Assembly: GCA_947627585.1 (NCBI GenBank)
Contig: CANQWP010000001.1
Coordinates: forward strand, 1 to 38,809
Source of the DNA: an uncultured Clostridia bacterium
GTDB lineage: Bacteria > Bacillota > Clostridia > Christensenellales > UBA1242
Length of the DNA: 38,809 nt
Direction of reading: 5' to 3'
Every line of letters begins with the position of its first letter. Positions within the stretch are counted from its first letter, which is position 1. A model generated the notes under the pieces. That model saw only the letters and a list, made by a program, of their open reading frames with translations. It had not been told where the DNA came from and did no database searches. Below are positions 1 through 7,250 of the stretch, one piece after another. The position numbers were made by a program, and so were the translations under genes.

Positions 1-246
1 GACAACCAGATAGTCGCCACCGTCGTCGAGGAGGACGTAGCCTTTGCTCTTGAAAACATAGGCGTCGAGCCCGCCGTTTTTCAAAATGAAAGTTGTGTTT
101 GCTCCGCCCGAGGTGAGCTCTTGCACCATTGAGCCCGTGTATTCCGGCATCTTAAGGTCCAAAAACACTTGCAAGATGATAAGCCCCAAAATTATCGCCA
201 AAAAGAGACAATCAATGGGTTTGAAATTTTTCAGTAATTTAAACAT
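1..246 (-). CDS. ABC exporter (TMD-NBD fusion type), N-terminal fragment; start codon present, 3' part runs off the window
   Basis: Not in the ORF track because it is open at the window edge. The reverse complement of 1-246 reads ATG(246-244) MFKLLKNFKPIDCLFLAIILGLIILQVFLDLKMPEYTGSMVQELTSGG... for 82 codons without a stop. A short basic N-terminus, then TM1, then 'LDLKxPEY' is the usual opening of Firmicute type-I ABC exporter membrane domains. A consensus promoter lies upstream at 294-322. Confidence 0.6.
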   Translation of the reverse strand, partial: MFKLLKNFKPIDCLFLAIILGLIILQVFLDLKMPEYTGSMVQELTSGGANTTFILKNGGLDAYVFKSKGYVLLDDGGDYLVV

Positions 247-293
247 GTCTTCACCATTTTTCCTTGTTTTTGCATAGAAAAACAAAACAATTT

Positions 294-322
294 ATTATAA
301 AACAAATTCTTTTTCAATGCAA
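294..322 (-). promoter_or_regulatory. sigma-A type promoter for the ABC exporter gene
   Basis: The minus strand reads TTGCAT(322-317), a 17-nt spacer, then TATAAT(299-294), roughly 45-50 nt upstream of the ATG at 246. Confidence 0.6.
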
Positions 323-383
323 CAAATTTTCATATGCGATTTTCAACGTTTTTGTTTCAAAAAAAAGGTTTTTGCGCGAAAAA

Positions 384-3300
384 TCAAATTTTCTCCCACA
401 ATAACATTGGCAAGTTTGATGTTGTGTCCCAAATTGTTTCGCTGAAATTGAATTTTGAGTCATATTTTTGTGACTGTCCGCAGTTTTGCATTCTGGAGGA
501 GATTCCGTTTGCGCACAAGTCGCCTTGCTCGGTCGAAAAGCAAGAATTCATTTCGCCAAACAACGTCCCAACAAGCACGCCATATTTCAAACTGGTGTGA
601 ATTTGAACGGTGCTATATGAAAATTCAATGCTCTTTCTCAGCGAAGGAAAACTTCCATAAAGTCCGCCAATTGCCCCGCCTTGAACTTCATTGGTTGTGA
701 TTGAGCCTGAGGCATAATTGTCATGCGAAGAGCTTTGCCCATTCCCAACAAGCCCGCCGATTGTCACACTGCTTGCTCTTTCAACAAGAATTTGTGAATT
801 TGAAAAACTCTCTTCGGTCTTTGATTTTTCTTTGTCTTCGCCAATCAAGCCTCCAATTGTGGCGCGCGAAACATCTTTTGCGTCAAGCGTCCCTTTGAAA
901 GCGCTTTTTGAAACTTCCCCGCCATTTTCTCCAACAAGGCCGCCGGCAACGACATCGCTTGAATTGGTGATGACAATTTTGACTTCGCTTTCACAAAGCA
1001 TCAAAACTCCGGCATTTTTCCCGGCGAAGCCACTGACAATTTCGGCTTTCTCAATTTCGAGTTCTCCAAGCGCTACACAATTTTCAATGCTCCCAAAATT
1101 TTCACAAACAAAAACTCCAAACGTTTTTGCCTTGGTGGGTTTTATGTTTCCCTCCACAGTCAAGTTTTTCACTGTCCCATGATTTGCGCGTAAAAAGGCA
1201 TCGCTCAAATTTGAAATTTTGTGATCTTTTCCATCAAACTTTCCGTGAAAATCCGCGGCCGTCCACTTTTTCTGCGAAAAATCCAAATCGTTTCCCAAAG
1301 AAAAGTTGGCATATTGCGCATTTTGCATGAGAAGAAGATCGTTTTGCGTCGTGATTTTGATTGTTGGTGGCAAAACAAAGAATGTGATGGCAAGAAGCAA
1401 AGCGTTCAGCACGCCCAGCACGAAAAGTGTCAAAAACGTGGCGATCTTGCCCCTTGAAAGCCTTTTTTTCTTGATGAGAAAATATATCAAATTTCCGGCA
1501 GCCGCAGCGGCGGCATATGCTACTGAAATAATGAGAAATGTTTGTGAAAAATAAGGATAGACTTCTTTTGGCATGAAAATTGACAAGGCAAAAAGCATCA
1601 AAGAAAAGCAAAGCGGAATGAATTCAAGAAAAATAATCAAAAATCTCTTCAAAAACTGTTTTTTTCTCAAACTTTCGAATTGTTGTTCTCTTTTTTTCTC
1701 AACGAAGCTTTGTTTTTCTTCCGTTCTTGAAAATCCTCCCGCCTTTTCTTCAACTTGAAGAACACTTATTGAGGAATCAAGTGACAACCCCAACAAAAGA
1801 AGTCTCTCTTGAATTTTGTCATAAAGGGTCTGAAAGTCTTCAAATGTTTGCACGCTGTCAATTTTTGCGAGATATTTTTCAAAAGGCTTGAGTTGGCTCT
1901 TGAAATAGTCCAGCCCGATTTTTGCGGCGTCTTGCTTTTCAATGTCAAGTAAAATTTTTTCGTTGCGGAGCAAAAAGTTCTTCAGTTTGCTTTTAAGTTT
2001 TTCTTTGTCAAGAAGGTCGGGTTGAAAGTTTGTTTTCGTGCCGGAAAAAAGATTGTTTTTGCTGACAATTGCGCCGTATAATTCGTCGTGTGCATCGTCT
2101 CCAATTTCCAAAAGCGTTTCCCATTCCGGAAAGTCGCTTGGCTTCACTTTTGAGGCAATCACCTCTTCATCGCTTCGACAATGACATTTGATTTGAATCA
2201 ATTTCCAATAAAGTTCAGCGTTTGCCTCCGCTTTTGAAATGGCAATGGAAACATATTTCTCCGCCATTTTGAAAAATTGCATTTGTTGCAAAGCGTCAGC
2301 AATTTTTTTTAAAAGCGAAACAAGAGCAGAATTGTCTTGAATGTAGGCAAGATAAAAATCAAGTTGTTTCTCCGCCTCCTCAAGATTGAAAAATGCGACC
2401 GGCAAAATCAGGTCAACAACAGCAGAAACAAATGCAATTCGGGCTTTTTCGTCCAAAAATTGCAGCATGTTTTCAATTTCTTCACGATTGCGATAAGAAA
2501 GTTTGTCTTTTGGCGTCTCAAAATGCCTCAACATCAAGGCAATGTTGCTTTGTGCGTGGCCGGAATCGATTTCCAGAATTTTTTGATAATATTTTTTGTC
2601 GTCATTTTTCTGCGCAAGCAAAAAATAGAATCTTTCAAAACGGTCCACCACGTCTCTGCCAAAACAACTTTCAACATTTTCAATCAACTGTTGGTCATTT
2701 GTTTCAACAGCTTTGTTTTCTGCGGCGGACACAAAGTTTTCGCGATTTGGCGTCTTGAAAGAAGCAAGAAAGGTCAAATATTGATTGTAAAACTCAACAT
2801 CGTCCAACTCTTGAATCAACATTTCCCATCTGTCAACAAAGTTTTCGCCAAAACTTTTGTTTGCATATCTCAAAATGTTTTCAATCTGATCTTTGTCAGA
2901 GAAGTTTGAAATTTTTGAGAAAAATTCTTCTTCAGAGCAAATCTTTTTCTCCGCCAAAAGCTTTGCAAACAAAAGATCGCTACTGTATGGCTCATCTTCA
3001 AGTTCTTTTTCAACAAGCTCTTTTGCGGTTTGAAAATCTTTGTTTTTCAGCGCCAAAAAAATCCACTTCTTTTTTGAGTCAGAACTGCTTGGAACGTTTT
3101 GAACTTCATAGTGTCCCAAGTCGACCGGAGAAATGCTTTCCAAATCGAGATATTCTTTTTTCTTTGGCCGAGCCTTTTCGACCCTGATTGTGTCAATTTT
3201 GGCAAGTTCAGTCTTTGCGTTTTCAATTTCGTTGACAATTCTCACTTCCAAATCTTTGGAAAACGAAATTGATGTTGTGTCCATGACATTTTTTGCTTCA

Positions 3301-4088
3301 AAGAATTCTTTTGGCAAACTTTCGGCGAGTTTTGATTTTTCCGTGCACAACACAAAGCTTGAAGCCGTTTTTTTTCGCAAAGTAATAAGGTGGAAATATC
3401 GGTCAAACAAGTTTTTAAAACGACCTAGCGGGCTTTCGTCCAAATAGCAACAAACAAAAACTTTTGCTGTCTCCAAAGCGCGAAAAGAGATCTCTTCGCT
3501 TTCTTTTTGAAGCAAATCGTCACAATTGAAAACGGAAAGTTCGTTTGCGTTCAACATTTTCAAGATTTCGTTTTGAAATTGTGTTTTCTTTTCTTCATCT
3601 TTGCAAAAAATGCTCAAAATGCAATCAAAAATCTTTTTTTGTGCGCCGGCCTCATATCCTTTTTTGATTTTTTCTGTCCTTTTTGAGATGTCAACAAGCA
3701 TTTTTGCGCGCTCTGGGGGCGCAATTGATATCGCTTTTTTCGCGTCCTCGTCTTCCAACAAAGAAACAATTTTTTCACCAAAAAAACATGGGCTTTTCAG
3801 CACTCCACGTTTGTTGGGATATATGACAATTTTGTTTTTTGCAAGGGCTCGTCCAAAAAAGGCTTCAAAGGACATTGGAAAAAGTGAGAGAGTTTTGTTG
3901 AATTCGTCAAGCGCTTTTTCAAATTGCAATTCACGCAGAAAATCATATGCACGGGCGATCAAAAACTCTTCGTCTTTTGATGCTTGCTCATCGACATAAA
4001 GAGTCCCGCAAAACAAGCATTTGACCATGTTTTGCCCAACAACTTCATAGTTTTTTCCGCCACAATTGTTGCACGCTCTTTCTCTCAT
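384..4088 (-). CDS. Zn-ribbon / TPR-like helical repeat / 3-TM / extracellular GLUG-repeat protein (1234 aa; last gene of the ESCRT-like operon)
   Basis: ATG at 4088, TGA at 384. aa 6-28 form a zinc ribbon (CNNCGG-x13-CLFCG). aa ~45-810 are mostly helical with TPR-like units. Three hydrophobic helices lie at aa ~814-839, 849-872 and 882-907 (nt 1368-1649). RKKQFLKR precedes TM1 and KKKRLSRGK lies between TM2 and TM3, which gives N-in/C-out topology by the positive-inside rule. aa ~945-1190 start with FHGKFDGKDHKISNL and then repeat GGLVG/GGLIG/GGLVGN/GGLYG, which are GLUG-type repeats. Confidence 0.85.
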   Translation of the reverse strand: MRERACNNCGGKNYEVVGQNMVKCLFCGTLYVDEQASKDEEFLIARAYDFLRELQFEKALDEFNKTLSLFPMSFEAFFGRALAKNKIVIYPNKRGVLKSPCFFGEKIVSLLEDEDAKKAISIAPPERAKMLVDISKRTEKIKKGYEAGAQKKIFDCILSIFCKDEEKKTQFQNEILKMLNANELSVFNCDDLLQKESEEISFRALETAKVFVCCYLDESPLGRFKNLFDRYFHLITLRKKTASSFVLCTEKSKLAESLPKEFFEAKNVMDTTSISFSKDLEVRIVNEIENAKTELAKIDTIRVEKARPKKKEYLDLESISPVDLGHYEVQNVPSSSDSKKKWIFLALKNKDFQTAKELVEKELEDEPYSSDLLFAKLLAEKKICSEEEFFSKISNFSDKDQIENILRYANKSFGENFVDRWEMLIQELDDVEFYNQYLTFLASFKTPNRENFVSAAENKAVETNDQQLIENVESCFGRDVVDRFERFYFLLAQKNDDKKYYQKILEIDSGHAQSNIALMLRHFETPKDKLSYRNREEIENMLQFLDEKARIAFVSAVVDLILPVAFFNLEEAEKQLDFYLAYIQDNSALVSLLKKIADALQQMQFFKMAEKYVSIAISKAEANAELYWKLIQIKCHCRSDEEVIASKVKPSDFPEWETLLEIGDDAHDELYGAIVSKNNLFSGTKTNFQPDLLDKEKLKSKLKNFLLRNEKILLDIEKQDAAKIGLDYFKSQLKPFEKYLAKIDSVQTFEDFQTLYDKIQERLLLLGLSLDSSISVLQVEEKAGGFSRTEEKQSFVEKKREQQFESLRKKQFLKRFLIIFLEFIPLCFSLMLFALSIFMPKEVYPYFSQTFLIISVAYAAAAAAGNLIYFLIKKKRLSRGKIATFLTLFVLGVLNALLLAITFFVLPPTIKITTQNDLLLMQNAQYANFSLGNDLDFSQKKWTAADFHGKFDGKDHKISNLSDAFLRANHGTVKNLTVEGNIKPTKAKTFGVFVCENFGSIENCVALGELEIEKAEIVSGFAGKNAGVLMLCESEVKIVITNSSDVVAGGLVGENGGEVSKSAFKGTLDAKDVSRATIGGLIGEDKEKSKTEESFSNSQILVERASSVTIGGLVGNGQSSSHDNYASGSITTNEVQGGAIGGLYGSFPSLRKSIEFSYSTVQIHTSLKYGVLVGTLFGEMNSCFSTEQGDLCANGISSRMQNCGQSQKYDSKFNFSETIWDTTSNLPMLLWEKI

Positions 4089-4097
4089 GTTTGCCTT

Positions 4098-5240
4098 TTA
4101 ACTTTGTTTTTTCGTTCTCTTTTTGATGTAGCCGTTGATCTCTTCATTATATTTTTCAAATTCGGCAATTTCTTTTTCGGTCACGCTTGGGGGCATTTCG
4201 TCCAGAACGCGATCAAAGTCGGCATTTGAAACAAGCACAACTTTGTCGGTGGCGATGGCCTTCAAAAGCGGCTCGTCTTTTGCGCGGTCACAAAGTTCTT
4301 CCAAATCGGCACCGCTATATTTTTCGGTCTGAGTCACAATTTTGTCAACGTCAAAATTTTTGGTCACCGGAACACCTTTCATGTTTTTTTCAATCATAAA
4401 CTTTCTTGCCGGCGCGTCAGGAAGTGGAAGATAAATCTTCTGCGAAAAACGCCCTGAGCGCATTGCGGCGCTGTCGATGTCCCACGGTCTGTTTGTTGCG
4501 CCCAAAAGCAAAAGATTCGGGTTTCTGCCCGCAAAGCCGTCGATTTGTTGCAAAAATTCGTTCACACGCTTGTCGTTGTGGGTGTCAAGTCCACGTTTTC
4601 CAATCAAGCTGTCCATTTCGTCAATGAAAATGATGGCGCGCTCTTGTTTGTTGGCCTCTTCAAAAAGCGAGTTGATATTTTTTTCGCTGTCGCCCACCCA
4701 TTTGCTGACAATGTCGCTGCCTTTGACGGCATAGAACTTTGCGCCGACCTCATTTGCAATGGCTTTTGCAATCATTGTTTTTCCGGTGCCCGGCGGGCCA
4801 TAAAGCAGCACTCCTCCGCCCGTCTTTTTTCCATACATTTTGTATTTTTCCGGATATTTTGTCGGGTTGATCATTTTGATAGTGATGGCTTTTTTGACAT
4901 CTTCAAGTCCGGCGACATCGTCGAAGCTTATGTTTGGAATTTGCGCGGCCTGCCATTTTTTGAGGTCGTCATCTTCTTCATCTTGTTTTTTGTCGCTTTT
5001 TCCGGTCTTTTCTGGCGCTTTTTGAAGGTTCTCCGAAATCTTCACAAGTCCCCGCGCCCTTTCCATGCGCACGGCTTTCAGTTTCCCTTGGCTTTGCTTT
5101 GCCATTTGCATCATCGTCTCGCTGGCCAGCAAAAAATTACGCTTTGCAAGGCTGACATTTCCTTTTGCACGCGCCTCTTTGCCTTTTTTCATATAGAGGT
5201 CAAACTGTTCGGACAAAATGTTGATGTTCGTTTCTTCCAT
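4098..5240 (-). CDS. Vps4-like (meiotic-clade) AAA+ ATPase with N-terminal MIT-like domain (380 aa)
   Basis: ATG at 5240 follows a GGTGA RBS. Walker A is GPPGTGKT (aa 148-155, nt 4776-4799) and Walker B is IIFIDEMD (aa 203-210). The pore loop is SKWVGDSEK (Vps4 has SKWLGESEK). The SRH reads ATNRPWDIDSAAMRSGRF. The C-terminal PSVTEKEIAEFEKYNEEING resembles the Vps4/spastin C-terminal helix. aa ~8-75 are three helices with a MIT-like pattern, followed by a charged linker. Confidence 0.9.
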   Translation of the reverse strand: MEETNINILSEQFDLYMKKGKEARAKGNVSLAKRNFLLASETMMQMAKQSQGKLKAVRMERARGLVKISENLQKAPEKTGKSDKKQDEEDDDLKKWQAAQIPNISFDDVAGLEDVKKAITIKMINPTKYPEKYKMYGKKTGGGVLLYGPPGTGKTMIAKAIANEVGAKFYAVKGSDIVSKWVGDSEKNINSLFEEANKQERAIIFIDEMDSLIGKRGLDTHNDKRVNEFLQQIDGFAGRNPNLLLLGATNRPWDIDSAAMRSGRFSQKIYLPLPDAPARKFMIEKNMKGVPVTKNFDVDKIVTQTEKYSGADLEELCDRAKDEPLLKAIATDKVVLVSNADFDRVLDEMPPSVTEKEIAEFEKYNEEINGYIKKRTKKQS

Positions 5241-5254
5241 ATTTCACCAAATTT

Positions 5255-5848
5255 TCAGGCTTCACTGTCAATTTTCTTGCGCACTTCTTCCATTTCTTTG
5301 TCAATGTTTTCAGAAGAAAGTTCGTCTTGGCTGGCTTGCTCCATGATAAATTTTTCAAGTTCTGCATCGGTCATGCCTTTTCCGCTCTTGTCTTTGCCGG
5401 CATTGTAGAACGTCTCTTGGCTCATTTCCATGAAGTTGTCCATTTGGTCGGTTTGAGTTTCAACAGCAAGCATTGCCTCTTCAAACTGCGCTTGGATTTT
5501 TGCAAATTCTTTTGCATCGGCAAGTTTTGTCATCTCTTTTGAAATGTCGCTCATTCCGCGTAAGAATTCACTTGTCATCATGGTGACGTCTTTCATTTGA
5601 GCGGTGATTTCAAAGTTGAGAAGCATTTCTTGCGCGCGCTTTTGTTGTTGAACTGTCATCTTATAGCCCGAAAGTGCAAGATTGAACTGTGCGTCCAAGC
5701 CTTTGAGCTTCGCGCGCTTTGCGGCGTCAATGAACACCTGCTTTTGCTCTTCAAGTCGATTGATTTGCTTGTTCATTGTGTTGATTGTGCGCTTGATCAA
5801 CATCTTTTTTTCGATTTCTTTTTGTTGTTTGCTTTTGAAAAGTCCCAT
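5255..5848 (-). CDS. Snf7/ESCRT-III-like protein (197 aa, CHMP2/Vps2-like layout)
   Basis: ATG at 5848 follows a GGAGGAA RBS. The N-terminus is MGLFKSKQQK (hydrophobic then basic). A long basic helical hairpin (...IDAAKRAKLKGLDAQFNLALSGYKMTVQQQKR...) aligns by eye with CHMP2A ...IKKMAKQGQMDAVRIMAKDLVRTRRYVRK.... The central ...LADAKEFAKIQAQFEEAMLAVETQTDQMDNFM is comparable to CHMP2A LKLPQIQKIMMEFERQSEIMDMKEEMMNDAI. The C-terminus is acidic and ends in the amphipathic helix DKEMEEVRKKIDSEA. Confidence 0.7.
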   Translation of the reverse strand: MGLFKSKQQKEIEKKMLIKRTINTMNKQINRLEEQKQVFIDAAKRAKLKGLDAQFNLALSGYKMTVQQQKRAQEMLLNFEITAQMKDVTMMTSEFLRGMSDISKEMTKLADAKEFAKIQAQFEEAMLAVETQTDQMDNFMEMSQETFYNAGKDKSGKGMTDAELEKFIMEQASQDELSSENIDKEMEEVRKKIDSEA

Positions 5849-5851
5849 TTT

Positions 5852-6466
5852 TTATTCCTCCATTTTCATCTTTTTCTTTTTATTTGGTTGCGAAGGGCTC
5901 GCATTTTCCAACAACTCCTGTTCATCTTTCATGGCGCTTTCTTTTTCAAACATTGTCAAAATTTCGTCCTCTGTTTTTCCAACGCCATAAATTGGCTGAC
6001 TGACTTCATATGCCGATTGCACCTCGGCAAAAAGTTCATCGGCGGAAGTGAGCACATCTTCGCTTGCAATTCTTGTTTCAAGCGCCTTGTTCAGAAATTT
6101 TGCCAATCTTTTTTGGTCGGCCAAAAGTTCCGACAGTGGCACTTTTGTTTGTGTCTTGAAGAATGAGTTGCTGTCATATGCATCTTTCAGCTTGTTCATG
6201 AGGCGAATGTTGTAAAGAAGATACATTCCCCTTTCCATGCAAGTTTGTTTCTCTTCATTCAGGTGTGTGATTTTTTTTGCATAGAAAAGTTGCAAGTCGC
6301 GGCTCTTTTCTTTCTTCCCCTTTTCCATAAGCGCGTCAATTTCTTTGATTTTTTGCAAGACTTCCGCCTCGACAGTCCGCTCTTGGCGTTCAAGTTCGCA
6401 AATTGAATTGACCAAATCTTCACGATTGAGATTTTTGAATTTGTTTCGTCTGAATGGCCACCACAT
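5852..6466 (-). CDS. second ESCRT-III/Snf7-like coiled-coil protein (204 aa, CHMP6/Snf7-like layout)
   Basis: I place the start at ATG 6466-6464, which shares one base with the upstream TGA (TGATG) and follows a GAGGGGGA RBS. The track's first codon is an in-frame TTG at 6469. The N-terminus is MWWPFRRNKFKN (aromatic then basic, like the Snf7 MWSSLFGW or CHMP6 MGNLFGRKK membrane-anchoring ends). ...LMEKGKKEKSRDLQLFYAKKITHLNEEKQTCMERGMYLLYNIRLMNKLKDA resembles CHMP6 ...LLRDGRKERAKLLLKKKRYQEQLLDRTENQISSLEAMVQSIEF. An acidic C-terminal half is followed by a KKKKMKMEE tail. Confidence 0.6.
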   Translation of the reverse strand: MWWPFRRNKFKNLNREDLVNSICELERQERTVEAEVLQKIKEIDALMEKGKKEKSRDLQLFYAKKITHLNEEKQTCMERGMYLLYNIRLMNKLKDAYDSNSFFKTQTKVPLSELLADQKRLAKFLNKALETRIASEDVLTSADELFAEVQSAYEVSQPIYGVGKTEDEILTMFEKESAMKDEQELLENASPSQPNKKKKMKMEE

Positions 6467-6825
6467 CAATAGTTGTCCCCCTCATTTATTTTGTTGATCC
6501 TCTCCAAAAGATCGGCATATATGTTTTTTTGTTCAGCATTTGCAAATTCCAAGGCATTTTGGCATTCTGGCAAAAGCAAAACGCTCTTGAATTTGACCGG
6601 CTCAGCAAAAAGTTGATCCTCGTTGGAAATTTGAAATTTTGAAAGCATCATTCCCCACCAAGCATCGGCACACTTTTCGTCGAGTGAAATTGCACGGGTG
6701 AAATTTTGCTCTGCTTGTTCAAAAAACTCATCGCTCAAATTCAAATATCCAAGGTCAAGCTCAATTTCAACATTTCTTTTTGTTTCTTCTTCCAAGCCTG
6801 CGCTTGCAACGTGATTTCTTTTCAT
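6466..6825 (-). CDS. small soluble TPR-like protein (119 aa)
   Basis: ATG at 6825 shares one base with the upstream TAA (TAATG). FFEQAEQNFTRAISLDEKCADAWWGMMLSKF is a TPR-like helix pair of the same flavour as the repeats in the 1234-aa protein. No TM segment. Confidence 0.6.
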   Translation of the reverse strand: MKRNHVASAGLEEETKRNVEIELDLGYLNLSDEFFEQAEQNFTRAISLDEKCADAWWGMMLSKFQISNEDQLFAEPVKFKSVLLLPECQNALEFANAEQKNIYADLLERINKINEGDNY

Positions 6826-7232
6826 TATGATTGTTCGTCCTTTTTGCGCTGAACAATGTAGGCCTCAATTTCTTCCAAAACGCGAAAGCAAGTTTCTTGA
6901 GTGTTGTCTTGTGCGGTCATGATTTTCAAATCGTCCAACCTATTTGCAAGTTTGTTGTCCACCAAAAGCACTTTCGCGTTTGTTGTCGGATTGAAGAAGC
7001 GTATGTTGTCCTTCACTTCCACAAGCCTTCGGCAAAGTTCATCGTTGCCGTTTGCATAAACAATGATGCTTTCGACATTTGCCACCATGTTTTGAATTTG
7101 TTTTTTGTTTTTCATCACTCCGTGCGAGCCCGTCTCTTCCTCACTTTTTGGCCTTTTGACATATTCGCGGACCACATAGAATGTGGCAAGTCCAACAATG
7201 GCAATCAAAATTGTAACATACAAATAAATCAT
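6825..7232 (-). CDS. single-pass membrane protein (135 aa), function unknown
   Basis: ATG at 7232 follows an AAAGGAGA RBS. The N-terminal TM is MIYLYVTILIAIVGLATFYVV, followed by REYVKRPK and then a ~100-aa soluble helical part. I recognise no family. Confidence 0.7.
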   Translation of the reverse strand: MIYLYVTILIAIVGLATFYVVREYVKRPKSEEETGSHGVMKNKKQIQNMVANVESIIVYANGNDELCRRLVEVKDNIRFFNPTTNAKVLLVDNKLANRLDDLKIMTAQDNTQETCFRVLEEIEAYIVQRKKDEQS

Positions 7233-7250
7233 TTTTTCTCCTTTAAAGTT

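Noticed and set aside
359-383. Possible terminator right after the 1234-aa gene (UUUUU-CGCGC-AAAAA followed by U8 on the minus strand).
   Set aside because: The stem is only five A-U pairs. It may contribute to termination before the promoter at 294-322, but it is too weak to call as a feature.
86-600. Plus-strand ORFs 86-277 and 334-600.
   Set aside because: ORF 86-277 is antisense to the ABC exporter N-terminus, which has a promoter and a family-typical sequence. ORF 334-600 overlaps the 3' end of the 1234-aa gene and an intergenic region. Neither has an RBS.
2337-6166. Long plus-strand ORFs overlapping the ESCRT-like operon (e.g. 2337-2909, 3601-3999, 4545-5408 at 287 aa, 5597-6166).
   Set aside because: They are antisense shadows of K/E-rich minus-strand genes. 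Their translations are F/L/C/H-rich low-complexity strings. They have no RBS and no recognisable motif, and each lies entirely inside a well-supported minus-strand CDS.
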